Positions 49,901 through 57,710 of a stretch of 64,000 nucleotides of DNA are shown here, in pieces. Made by a program: the position numbers and the translations under genes. This stretch comes from a virus (taxonomy: Duplodnaviria; Heunggongvirae; Uroviricota; Caudoviricetes): IMG/VR virus record IMGVR_UViG_3300027710_000010, positions 181,763-245,762 of that record; one strand, written 5' to 3'. The notes below the pieces were generated by a model, which was not told the DNA's origin, searched no databases, and was given only the letters and a program-made list of their open reading frames with translations. Numbering within the stretch: the first letter of the stretch is position 1; each line of letters starts with the position of its first letter.

Positions 49901-50534
49901 CAGTATTATCAGAATCAGTTATTGCTGTTAGTAGTCGAACTACACCGGCACTGACATATGTAACTTGGCAACGATACCACCCATTTCCTACAGAATCTAT
50001 CCTACCGTTTAACGATCCAGATCCAACAGTTCCAATTACACCAGTACTGAGATTAAACCAAGCTCCGCGAGTAAGTGAATTATCGTCTCCTAAAAACAAC
50101 CAATTTTTTCCAGCAGCTTTAGCAAATATAGAAACAGTAAATGTGTATCCGGTAATTTTTGTGCCAGTACCAGTCGGGTTTTGTTGATAGCGAATTTGCC
50201 AACTACCACTACTTGCCGGGTACACTAGGTCAGCAGTAGTTGTTCCGTCAGGAGCAACTGCTTGATTTGGGGAATTTGAATTATTGTTGGTCCAAACAGC
50301 GTTACTTATATCTTCACTATAAGTTAAAAAATTTGTACTTGCTGGTTCAATTAATAAAGTAGGAGTTCTCCAACTAGTACCGTCGTAGGTATAATTTAGA
50401 CGGGGTTGATTTGCCGGTGCCGTGACTAATGTACCTGAACTATTAAAATAAGTTCCGGTGCTTGCTCTGCTGACAAATGGGGTATTAGCTTGTGGTTTGC
50501 TACTAAGAACACCACCAATGAAACGGTTTGCCAT
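46968..50534 (-). CDS. Gly-rich adhesin-like protein (3 polyglycine domains plus N-terminal beta-sandwich)
   Basis: RASTGTY..LLIEPASTN..WGAQLE..TSYIPT..TRAAD domain, three Gly units, ELITNGSGF insert. Confidence 0.82.
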   Translation of the reverse strand: MANRFIGGVLSSKPQANTPFVSRASTGTYFNSSGTLVTAPANQPRLNYTYDGTSWRTPTLLIEPASTNFLTYSEDISNAVWTNNNSNSPNQAVAPDGTTTADLVYPASSGSWQIRYQQNPTGTGTKITGYTFTVSIFAKAAGKNWLFLGDDNSLTRGAWFNLSTGVIGTVGSGSLNGRIDSVGNGWYRCQVTYVSAGVVRLLTAITDSDNTGTITASSTNGIYLWGAQLEERLTATSYIPTTTVSVTRAADVVGTSLKGIYGLEDVQNSTAIDDQFTVTSFTTTGSTSWVAPLDVNSVEVLVVAGGGGGGSQYGGGGGAGGLLYNTDYLVVPGNAYSITVGAGGTSGSGKGQRGSNSQFDKLIAFGGGGGGFHGESGGVTQDGLLGGSGGGGSIGGSGGTPASGRPGAGTTGQGFSGGTGYHNLFGAAYPTGGGGGASGPGGDAQSNICGAGGNGLRFRISGTLTAYAGGGGGGTQGSASSAAGGIGGGGAGSNSTATAGTANTGGGGGGGATGGAGGSGIVIIKYKRTPKQISSISNAAIVSQKFTTSNTWTAPVGVTQVEALVVAGGGGAGSGAGTHGAGAGGVVYNSALSVTPGQTYTIGVGAGGLGGIFVSTNVAGAPGFGSGIGTGVELITNGSGFTNTSGWSATTATLSVPQTGTLRITPNLSVNGTASQSITTVIGTTYLLTIKVTSDVARLLRIRIGTTQVGSEVDDKAWTDRTRDSLDNGATGAGFYSQIFTATSTTTWINLQVGNGTGQITDISFISVRSTTLSAFGGGASGADRASLGANANGGSGAGGTGTGVSGQGFAGGADSGFGSPYYPGSGGGGAGGAGKIGFQDSASSSVRAGDGGPGLPFNITGNLEYFGGGGGGSINTSDTAIRISGRGGIGGGGNAVGNGAGQSGSSNTGGGGAGGSYGANYLSGGSGGSGVVILRYRVPQVATFLDSGSWTCPSGVTSVQALIVAGGGGGGPPGGGGGGAGGLIYSNSTPVTPGVTYPVVVGQGGDGGVYNSRAGYTGQNSSFANLIALGGGSGGGNSVGPTNGGSGGGQSGNFTSVSSIGTYGQGNAGGTGTNTGNQANGGGGGAGSAGVNGGSGIAGAGGAGLTYSISGTSTTYAGGGGGSGGSSDLVAGAVGGAGGGGKGGTGTSSNPTPGLINTGGGGGGRGNGGDPAAHGGSGIVIIRWYGS

Positions 50535-50545
50535 GAAGCCGCTCC

Positions 50546-50920
50546 TTAACTAATGTCTTCGTAGCTGACTGTAACTTTGAGTTTGCTTGCTGTACCTGCT
50601 GTGCCAGTAATACTAGTATTTTCTTCTAAGTAAATGCTAGTACTTTTATCTAATGCAATTAATGTAGCATTAGCTGGAACGCTAACTGTACTAACCATTT
50701 CAACGTTAGTGCCTGCGCCGGCTGCGGCAGTGTTATAACTTAGTGTAAAGTTAACTGCATTTGTGCCATCAGTATTTGCTACGATGATGTTATTAACTTT
50801 TAGTACTTTGCCACTGCTGGCTGCATTACTTAGTAATGACGTTGAGCTAGTTGATGTCAAACTTACGTAAGTTGTCTTACCTAAAATTTGAGATACTGCA
50901 ACAATATTTGGAGCTGCCAT
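50546..50920 (-). CDS. Small beta-rich fibre-tip/connector protein
   Basis: MAAPNIV..KVNNIIVAN.DG..VPANATL..IYLEE..SYEDIS; AAGGA SD; TAAATA at 50943-50948. Confidence 0.75.
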   Translation of the reverse strand: MAAPNIVAVSQILGKTTYVSLTSTSSTSLLSNAASSGKVLKVNNIIVANTDGTNAVNFTLSYNTAAAGAGTNVEMVSTVSVPANATLIALDKSTSIYLEENTSITGTAGTASKLKVTVSYEDIS

Positions 50921-50945
50921 GTTATATTCCTTTTATTCTCTATAT

Positions 50946-53900
50946 TTAACCAAAGACCATTGCCATGGCAATAGCTTTACCTGTACTTGCTACTCTTGCA
51001 CCGCTGTCGTATACAGCACCTGCATAAATGCTTCCAGCAACACCAACGCCACCTGCTACAGTTAATGCACCAGTAGTTGTTGAACTACTTGCAGTGTTAA
51101 ACGCAACGGCAACTTTACCAGCGGCCGCACTACCCATTGTAATTGTACCAGTAGTAGTATCTGCAAATACATTAACTTGCCCACTTGTCACGCTTGACCG
51201 TAAATTAACTGTGCCGCCTGTTGTGCCAGCAATAATCAAACTGTTGCCAGTATTTGAACTACCTAATGTTAAGGTAGTAGCACTGCCTGTTGCACCAATA
51301 TTAACTGCTGTGGCTGCTCCACCAAAGTTAATTGTAGTAGCAGTTGTGTTTAATAACGGGAAAGTTGATGAGTTAGTGGTTATGCCACTGCCAGTGTTTA
51401 CTGCCATTGCGGCAGTAGTTGTTAGACCAACTGCTGATAATGTGCTTGTGAACACACCTTCATGTGCTGACAATCCATTAATTTTTAAATTAGCATAAGT
51501 CGCTTGGGCAAAATTAACAGTTAGTTCTGGCTCATCTTCAACACTTTCAAATAGTTTCCAAACACCGTCTGTTGCATCACGCACAAATCCTGTATGTTGG
51601 TATCCACTATTTGTGAATGAGCTAACAAAACCAATGTCAACAGTATCGGCAGGGTTGTCATCACCCATATAGATCAAACTGTCTGTTACATTATAATTGG
51701 TTGTGTTAATTGTAGTTTGTGTGCCGTTAACAGTTAAGTTGCCGTCAACAATTAAATTATTACTGATAATTGCATCGTGTGTAACTCGTAGGTCATTTTC
51801 AACAGTTAAGTCACTGCTAATAGTCACTGCTGGAGTGAATGTAATTCCTGAACTGTCAGTAGAGTCAATAGTTGTACCGTTGATACTGACTGCATCTAGT
51901 ACTACACTGCCAGTACCGCTTGGACTAACAACAATATCTTCGTTACTGTTTGTGCCAATAATGTTATTTTGGAAGTAACGAATGTTGCCAGTATCAAGTT
52001 CGCTAATACTGATTGAAGCCGGTGCGGCACCTTCGCCTACAATACTTAATGCACCTAAGTCATCAGTAATAGTCAATGTTCCAATAGTAACTGAACCTGG
52101 ACCCACGTACACGTGATTCCAACGATTTTCAGGAGTACCTAGAGTTAATACATTGTCATTAACTGGAACAACGTTGGTTGCAACGTTTGTGAAATATCTG
52201 CGTACTGCGGCTTCTGTTGGTACTGCTTCATTACTGTTGCCGCTTAGTGTATAATCACTTGAGAATTCGTTAACTAGTTCACCTAGTTGTGCGCCAATCG
52301 ATCCCAATCGTAAACTTGTAAGACCCGACAAGTCGAATGCACTAGCATTCAAAGTAGCACGACCAGTTGCTTGATCAACACGGAAGTAATCACCAACACG
52401 GAAATTACCATCTTGGTCTGTACTTACGTAGAATACACGTCCTGGGAACGATTCAATTACTTCGTTTGCCTGACTTGAATCCTGTGTAGGAGTGCCAGGG
52501 TAGTTTGTTGTAGTCTTATTACCAGTACCGATACTTAAGAAATCGTGTCCAGTTAATCGTGCATTACTGTATTGATATCGCACAGTGACTACAGCATTAT
52601 TGGCACTGGCTGTTGCTTTTTCATTAGCTAAAACAATAGTTAAAATACTGCCGCTGTTAACATACGTGCCGCTGACACTTTGAATAATGTAACTGCCGCT
52701 GTCGCCTGCAATTTGTAAACTGCCGCCTGGTTGAGGTTCTGCACTAAATCCGTCTATTACTAATACAAATCCTTTTTGTCCAGTAACACCACCAACTGCA
52801 ACATTGGCTGTTACGCCTTCACCGTTGTCCAATGTGTCGCTGGTTAAAAATGTACCGCTCACACTTGTATAATAAATTTTGTTAACTGCTGTTTGTACGT
52901 TGGTAATAGTACCAATCGCGCCACTTGCTGATCCAGTAATAGTGTCACCGACAGTAAACTCGCCACCGTCTAGTGTTAACGGATTATAAACTAGTTGTTC
53001 GCCATATAGCGCACCAGTTAGTGGAGTTTCTGCTGAATCAAATCCGCGACTAACAACTCCGTATGTTCCATAACTGTTATTGCCTGATAAAGAACGAATC
53101 TTACCACCGTCTGTTGTAGTGTAACCCATCCAGCAATAGTATGTAAAGCAACTTACGATCTCAGCTTTACCTTGACCGTTGACCCAGTAACCAATACCAT
53201 CACTACAAATAACAGTGTATCCATGGAATACCATAGACTTGATGCCAGCGGCATGTATATCGCCGTCAACTACTGCTCCAATTGCGCCTGCTTCACTGAA
53301 TGCCGCACATTCTAAAACATATGGCGATTTATTAATAATTGGGTTTGCAGGATCTAACGCAACAAACACGCCCTTGATTGTTGCTTGAGTAACATCTTCT
53401 GGGTAAGTAAGATTTGGTTCAAATCCTGCCATGTCACGGAAGTACATTTTGTTTAATGTAGCACCGTCATTTAATAACCACATAGTACCTTCACTATAAT
53501 CGCTAGTGATGGTACAGATTTCTGAAGCAACTGTTTGAGCTGAGAATGAAACTGTTAATGTTGTAAATCCAACTGTTGGTGTGTCTACTCCAACTGCTGT
53601 TACTGTTACTGTTCCTGTAATGTCAGTACCTGTAATAGTACAACCAACTTGGAACTGTCCTCCAGTTATATCACCGTCAGCAAGTTCAATAGTTGTAGAT
53701 GTAGATAATATACTAACTTGTGGCGCAACGTTTGCGCTGACTGCTGATACATTTAGTGGAGCAACTCCTGTTGTTCTTTGTCCGTCACCAACAACAGTAA
53801 TATTTGCACCCACTGTAATTGGTAATTGTTCGTAGTATAAGCCGCCCTTAACATAAATTGTTGCTGGTCCAGTTACAGTATCGCAAGCATATCTAATACT

Positions 53901-54290
53901 TTTAAATGCTTGGTTTAAACTTGTACCGTCATTGTCATCATTACCATCTGCTTTAACATAATAAATGCTTTGTGCTGTTGTTAAACCTAACCATTGTGGT
54001 AGACCGTCTTTAACAATAAGTGCTTCGCCTTCTGCACCAATTGGCAATCTTTCGTTTTCAGCAACTCCGCGATACATGATATCGCCTTCAGTCGTTAATG
54101 GGGTTGCACCCTCAATCATTAACTCCCATTTGGCAGCATCAGTAGAGAAAGCGCCTGCGCTAGTGTGATTAGTAATACACACATAACTGCTTCCGCCGTA
54201 GCCAACTACGTCATCTTTGATGTAGGCCGTAGCTGAAGCCCATGGTCCTTGCCATTTAAATTTTAATCTACCTAGTACTATTTCTGCCAT
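50946..54290 (-). CDS. Long fibre/spike protein, paralog of 35154..38822, ending in GKAIAMAMVFG instead of a chaperone
   Basis: Colinear similarity to 35154..38822 up to the GVWKLF..ATY..LKI segment, then an unrelated C-terminus. Confidence 0.85.
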   Translation of the reverse strand: MAEIVLGRLKFKWQGPWASATAYIKDDVVGYGGSSYVCITNHTSAGAFSTDAAKWELMIEGATPLTTEGDIMYRGVAENERLPIGAEGEALIVKDGLPQWLGLTTAQSIYYVKADGNDDNDGTSLNQAFKSIRYACDTVTGPATIYVKGGLYYEQLPITVGANITVVGDGQRTTGVAPLNVSAVSANVAPQVSILSTSTTIELADGDITGGQFQVGCTITGTDITGTVTVTAVGVDTPTVGFTTLTVSFSAQTVASEICTITSDYSEGTMWLLNDGATLNKMYFRDMAGFEPNLTYPEDVTQATIKGVFVALDPANPIINKSPYVLECAAFSEAGAIGAVVDGDIHAAGIKSMVFHGYTVICSDGIGYWVNGQGKAEIVSCFTYYCWMGYTTTDGGKIRSLSGNNSYGTYGVVSRGFDSAETPLTGALYGEQLVYNPLTLDGGEFTVGDTITGSASGAIGTITNVQTAVNKIYYTSVSGTFLTSDTLDNGEGVTANVAVGGVTGQKGFVLVIDGFSAEPQPGGSLQIAGDSGSYIIQSVSGTYVNSGSILTIVLANEKATASANNAVVTVRYQYSNARLTGHDFLSIGTGNKTTTNYPGTPTQDSSQANEVIESFPGRVFYVSTDQDGNFRVGDYFRVDQATGRATLNASAFDLSGLTSLRLGSIGAQLGELVNEFSSDYTLSGNSNEAVPTEAAVRRYFTNVATNVVPVNDNVLTLGTPENRWNHVYVGPGSVTIGTLTITDDLGALSIVGEGAAPASISISELDTGNIRYFQNNIIGTNSNEDIVVSPSGTGSVVLDAVSINGTTIDSTDSSGITFTPAVTISSDLTVENDLRVTHDAIISNNLIVDGNLTVNGTQTTINTTNYNVTDSLIYMGDDNPADTVDIGFVSSFTNSGYQHTGFVRDATDGVWKLFESVEDEPELTVNFAQATYANLKINGLSAHEGVFTSTLSAVGLTTTAAMAVNTGSGITTNSSTFPLLNTTATTINFGGAATAVNIGATGSATTLTLGSSNTGNSLIIAGTTGGTVNLRSSVTSGQVNVFADTTTGTITMGSAAAGKVAVAFNTASSSTTTGALTVAGGVGVAGSIYAGAVYDSGARVASTGKAIAMAMVFG

Positions 54291-54323
54291 GGTATTATGT
54301 CCTTAATCCCCGTATTCTTATAT

Positions 54324-54632
54324 TTAGTTTGGCCCATTATGGGTGTAAGCTTCGTTCAATCTTACTACTAAAAATCCGTCTGCATTGATGTAAATATTCA
54401 TTTTTTCAATGTCTATTAACCATTGATTATATGTTTCACCATCAGCAGGCACCTCAAAGTTCGCGGTGTCATCAGTAACACTACCGTCTGTTAGGTTAAC
54501 TGTAGCCCCAGGCGTGTTTAGTTTTACATGGTTGTAGTAAAGTAAGCCATCGTCATCTCTGCGTAGGCCGTGAAAGGTTTCGCCTCCATAGCCGGAAGCG
54601 CCACCACTTGAAATTCTGCGGATTTCTGCCAT
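54324..54632 (-). CDS. Small acidic fibre-associated protein, paralog of 38837..39202
   Basis: FHGLRRDDDGLLYY and YNQW..YINADGFLVVRLNEAYTH; GGAG SD; TAAATA at 54648-54653. Confidence 0.75.
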   Translation of the reverse strand: MAEIRRISSGGASGYGGETFHGLRRDDDGLLYYNHVKLNTPGATVNLTDGSVTDDTANFEVPADGETYNQWLIDIEKMNIYINADGFLVVRLNEAYTHNGPN

Positions 54633-54682
54633 TTTAAGTCTCCGCAGTATTTATCGAATTTTAAGTTTAAAAGATTATTGGG

Positions 54683-54883
54683 TTAATCTATATCTGCCAA
54701 CTGCTCTTGAATAGAGATATGGGACTGCGGCCAGTGACCTTTTGGACAATCACTGGCGCTTAACTTACATTTAACTACCATGATACAGGCACATTCAAGA
54801 CACATTTTGAATGTATTATCAAAACTGGTGCAAGTTTTACAAATATTATATCTGTTTGCGTAATCTTGTTTTGTAACAAACAT
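54683..54883 (-). CDS. Small Cys-rich hypothetical protein
   Basis: R..ICKTC..MCLECAC..K..CPKGHW; start coupled to the upstream stop. Confidence 0.7.
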   Translation of the reverse strand: MFVTKQDYANRYNICKTCTSFDNTFKMCLECACIMVVKCKLSASDCPKGHWPQSHISIQEQLADID

Positions 54884-55128
54884 TAATTATTAGCGTTTTC
54901 AGACAACCATTTGTTAGCAGATTCCTCGTCAGCACGTAATTGATCCATTACTTCTTCCCAAGTAGGTGCTTCTGAGCCATGCGGGCATGTCCATTGTGTA
55001 AAACGTGTACCTTCTAATTGAAAGTTTGCATCAGGACGTAGTTTTTTAATAGCAACATCTACACCCCAAAGCAATTCATACGGTAATTGTATTGTCATAC
55101 TGTTCTCCTTTGGTTTATTTATAGCCAC
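54883..55128 (-). CDS. Small protein resembling tail-fibre assembly chaperones (XkdW-like)
   Basis: AIKKLRPDANF..W....PTWEEV pattern; follows the adhesin genes. Confidence 0.55.
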   Translation of the reverse strand: MAINKPKENSMTIQLPYELLWGVDVAIKKLRPDANFQLEGTRFTQWTCPHGSEAPTWEEVMDQLRADEESANKWLSENANN

Positions 55129-55146
55129 TAGATAGTGATGTTAAAA

Positions 55147-57705
55147 TTAGTATTTTAGTATCACACATCCCAAGCCGCCATTGCCTCCAGGAAAATACGC
55201 ACTACAATATCCGCCACCACCGCCACCGCCACCAAGTCCGTTTACACCGTTTTCTCCATTATTATGGCTTCCTTTTCCACCGCCACCAAGGCCACCAAAA
55301 CCGGCCATTCCGTTAGCAGTCCCGCTGTCTCCTTGAAAACTACCACCACCGCCACCACCGTACCATTCTGTTCGACCTGTGATAGTGTAAGCAATACCAT
55401 TGCCGCCGCTGCCAGCTTTGGTGGTTAATCCGCGGCCACCGACACTGCCAGCGCCACCACCACCACCAGCTGCATAAGGTGCGGCACCATACGAAGTACC
55501 GCCTGCGTTTCCTTGGCCGCTTGTACCACTGCCTCCTGTAGCTGTTACTGCTCCACCGAATGATCCAGCACCTCCTCCTGAACCGCCCGTTAGTCCTGTT
55601 CCAGTGTTATTTCCAATTCCACCGCCACCGCCAATCGCAGTCAGCCCAGCAAAAGTAGTGTTTCCACCAGTAGTTCCATTTCCGCCCCCAGAGCCGCCTG
55701 CGCCACCGCCAGAATCTAGCCAGTTTGATATTCCAACACCTGTGCCAATTTCAATAGGATATGCCATTCCAGGTGTAACTGATAGGGCGGAGTTGTAAAT
55801 AACGCCACCACCACCACCACCGCCTCCACATGATCCGCCACCGCCGCCGCTGCCAACTATCAATGCCTGTACAGTAGTTACATTAGGCGGACATACCCAC
55901 ACGCTATTTGAATAAAATACATCACATGATGTTTGTGCTCGATATCTAACTATAACAATTCCTGATCCACCTGCGCCAGAAAAAGACTGTGCGACATTAT
56001 TGTCAGGTACAGCCGGGCCGCCACCACCACCGCCACCAGTATTAGGAGTACCGTCTTGACCTCCCGCATCATAACCAGAAAGTCTAGCACATCCGCCATG
56101 ACCGCCACCGCCCTTGCCGGCTCGTCCACCAAATGCTCCACCATTATCGTAGCCGCCACCGCCACCGCCGCCGCCGGCGTAAATTACCGGGACGCCAGTA
56201 ATACTACAAACTAATCCGTTTCCGCCAGCGCCTGAAAATGACCCTGCGCTGTTTCCTGTTGCATTACCGCCAACCTCGCTGGCGCCACCACCTCCGCCAG
56301 AAGTATATGAGCCACCAGCAACGCCAGTACCGCCTCTATTACCTTGACCGCTTATTCCTGAACCAGCAAATGGGCCTTGTGATCCGTAACTTGCGCCGCC
56401 GCCCGATCCTCCATTTTTTCCATTACCTACTGGCTCGTTGCCGCCACCGCCACCGCCCATTGCTACAATAGAGCCAAATTGGCTAGGAGCTCCACTCAAT
56501 CCTGCGGCTGCTCCGGTAGCCCTTGCTCCGCCAGCTCCAACTTTTACAACGTAGGCAGTCCCTGCAACAACCGGATAAGCAGGATTATATACCATGCCAC
56601 CAGCCCCGCCTCCTCCGCCATAGCGGCAAGCTCCAGACCCGCCTCCTCCCACTGTCAATACTTCAACTACTCCAGTAAACTTTGGCACAAATACAGCTGA
56701 CCCACTTTTAAAATAGTGTGTTTTAAACCCGCCTGCGGCAGCAATTTCTCCACCAGTTGCATCATTATACTGAATATCTTTTAATGTTGGCCCTAATGAC
56801 TCGTGTACTTCTATTGATCGAACATCTGTATTATATCTAGTTTTTCCTAAATTGGTGTTTACATGATAGCTAACAATTACAATCCCAGATCCCCCAGCAC
56901 CACCGTCAGCACCACCATCACTTCCACCGCCGCCACCGCCTGTATTAGCTGTTCCAGGATTACTACCACTTGCGGCCGACAAACCTGCTCCGCCACCGCC
57001 TAGTCCGCCTTGACCATTACGAACAAAGTTAGAAGATCCCCCACCACCACCAGCATAATATGTCGCAGTACCGCTAATAGAAAACTGTAGACCTACACCG
57101 CCATCGCCTGCAAATATACCTGATCCATCTCTACCAACTCCGCCTGCACCACCGCCACCGCCAGCTCCGTATCCAGATGCGGCATCACTGCCTGTGCCGC
57201 CACGATGGCCTTGATTTAATTGTCCTTGTCCAGAACGTGTGTTTGGAGAATTACGAGATCCGCCGGCACCCGAGCCGCCGTTTGATCCCCCGGGACCTGT
57301 TGGAAATCCAACAGATTGACCACTAGATCCGCCTCCGCCTAATGCTATTAATGTATCAAATGCCGAGTTACTACCATTTGCGCCCACAGCTGATGTACTG
57401 GTATTTGTTGAGGCTCCGGCGCCAACAGTTACCGTCATTAAAGAGCCTGGTGTTACTGGGTAAGCAGGATTATAAATCAATCCTCCTGCACCACCTCCAC
57501 CACCAACACTTTTGCCGCCAGCTCCGCCACCACCAACAACTAGTACCGCCACTGCGGTGACGTTTGTAGGAACCGTCCATGAAGTTGTTCCAACTGTAGT
57601 AAATGATACTACAGTTCTAGCACTTGTAGACTGTGCTGTTGTTCCTCTAGGTAACGCTACATATCCAGTATCATCAACTGTCGTGTTTTTAAATGAACTT
57701 GTCAT
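55147..57705 (-). CDS. Gly-rich adhesin-like protein (3 polyglycine domains)
   Basis: ATG 57705 (MTSSFKNTTVDDTG) matches the paralog N-termini; the track's upstream extension overlaps the previous gene. Confidence 0.8.
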   Translation of the reverse strand: MTSSFKNTTVDDTGYVALPRGTTAQSTSARTVVSFTTVGTTSWTVPTNVTAVAVLVVGGGGAGGKSVGGGGGAGGLIYNPAYPVTPGSLMTVTVGAGASTNTSTSAVGANGSNSAFDTLIALGGGGSSGQSVGFPTGPGGSNGGSGAGGSRNSPNTRSGQGQLNQGHRGGTGSDAASGYGAGGGGGAGGVGRDGSGIFAGDGGVGLQFSISGTATYYAGGGGGSSNFVRNGQGGLGGGGAGLSAASGSNPGTANTGGGGGGSDGGADGGAGGSGIVIVSYHVNTNLGKTRYNTDVRSIEVHESLGPTLKDIQYNDATGGEIAAAGGFKTHYFKSGSAVFVPKFTGVVEVLTVGGGGSGACRYGGGGGAGGMVYNPAYPVVAGTAYVVKVGAGGARATGAAAGLSGAPSQFGSIVAMGGGGGGNEPVGNGKNGGSGGGASYGSQGPFAGSGISGQGNRGGTGVAGGSYTSGGGGGASEVGGNATGNSAGSFSGAGGNGLVCSITGVPVIYAGGGGGGGGYDNGGAFGGRAGKGGGGHGGCARLSGYDAGGQDGTPNTGGGGGGGPAVPDNNVAQSFSGAGGSGIVIVRYRAQTSCDVFYSNSVWVCPPNVTTVQALIVGSGGGGGSCGGGGGGGGVIYNSALSVTPGMAYPIEIGTGVGISNWLDSGGGAGGSGGGNGTTGGNTTFAGLTAIGGGGGIGNNTGTGLTGGSGGGAGSFGGAVTATGGSGTSGQGNAGGTSYGAAPYAAGGGGGAGSVGGRGLTTKAGSGGNGIAYTITGRTEWYGGGGGGSFQGDSGTANGMAGFGGLGGGGKGSHNNGENGVNGLGGGGGGGGYCSAYFPGGNGGLGCVILKY

Positions 57706-57710
57706 ATTTG

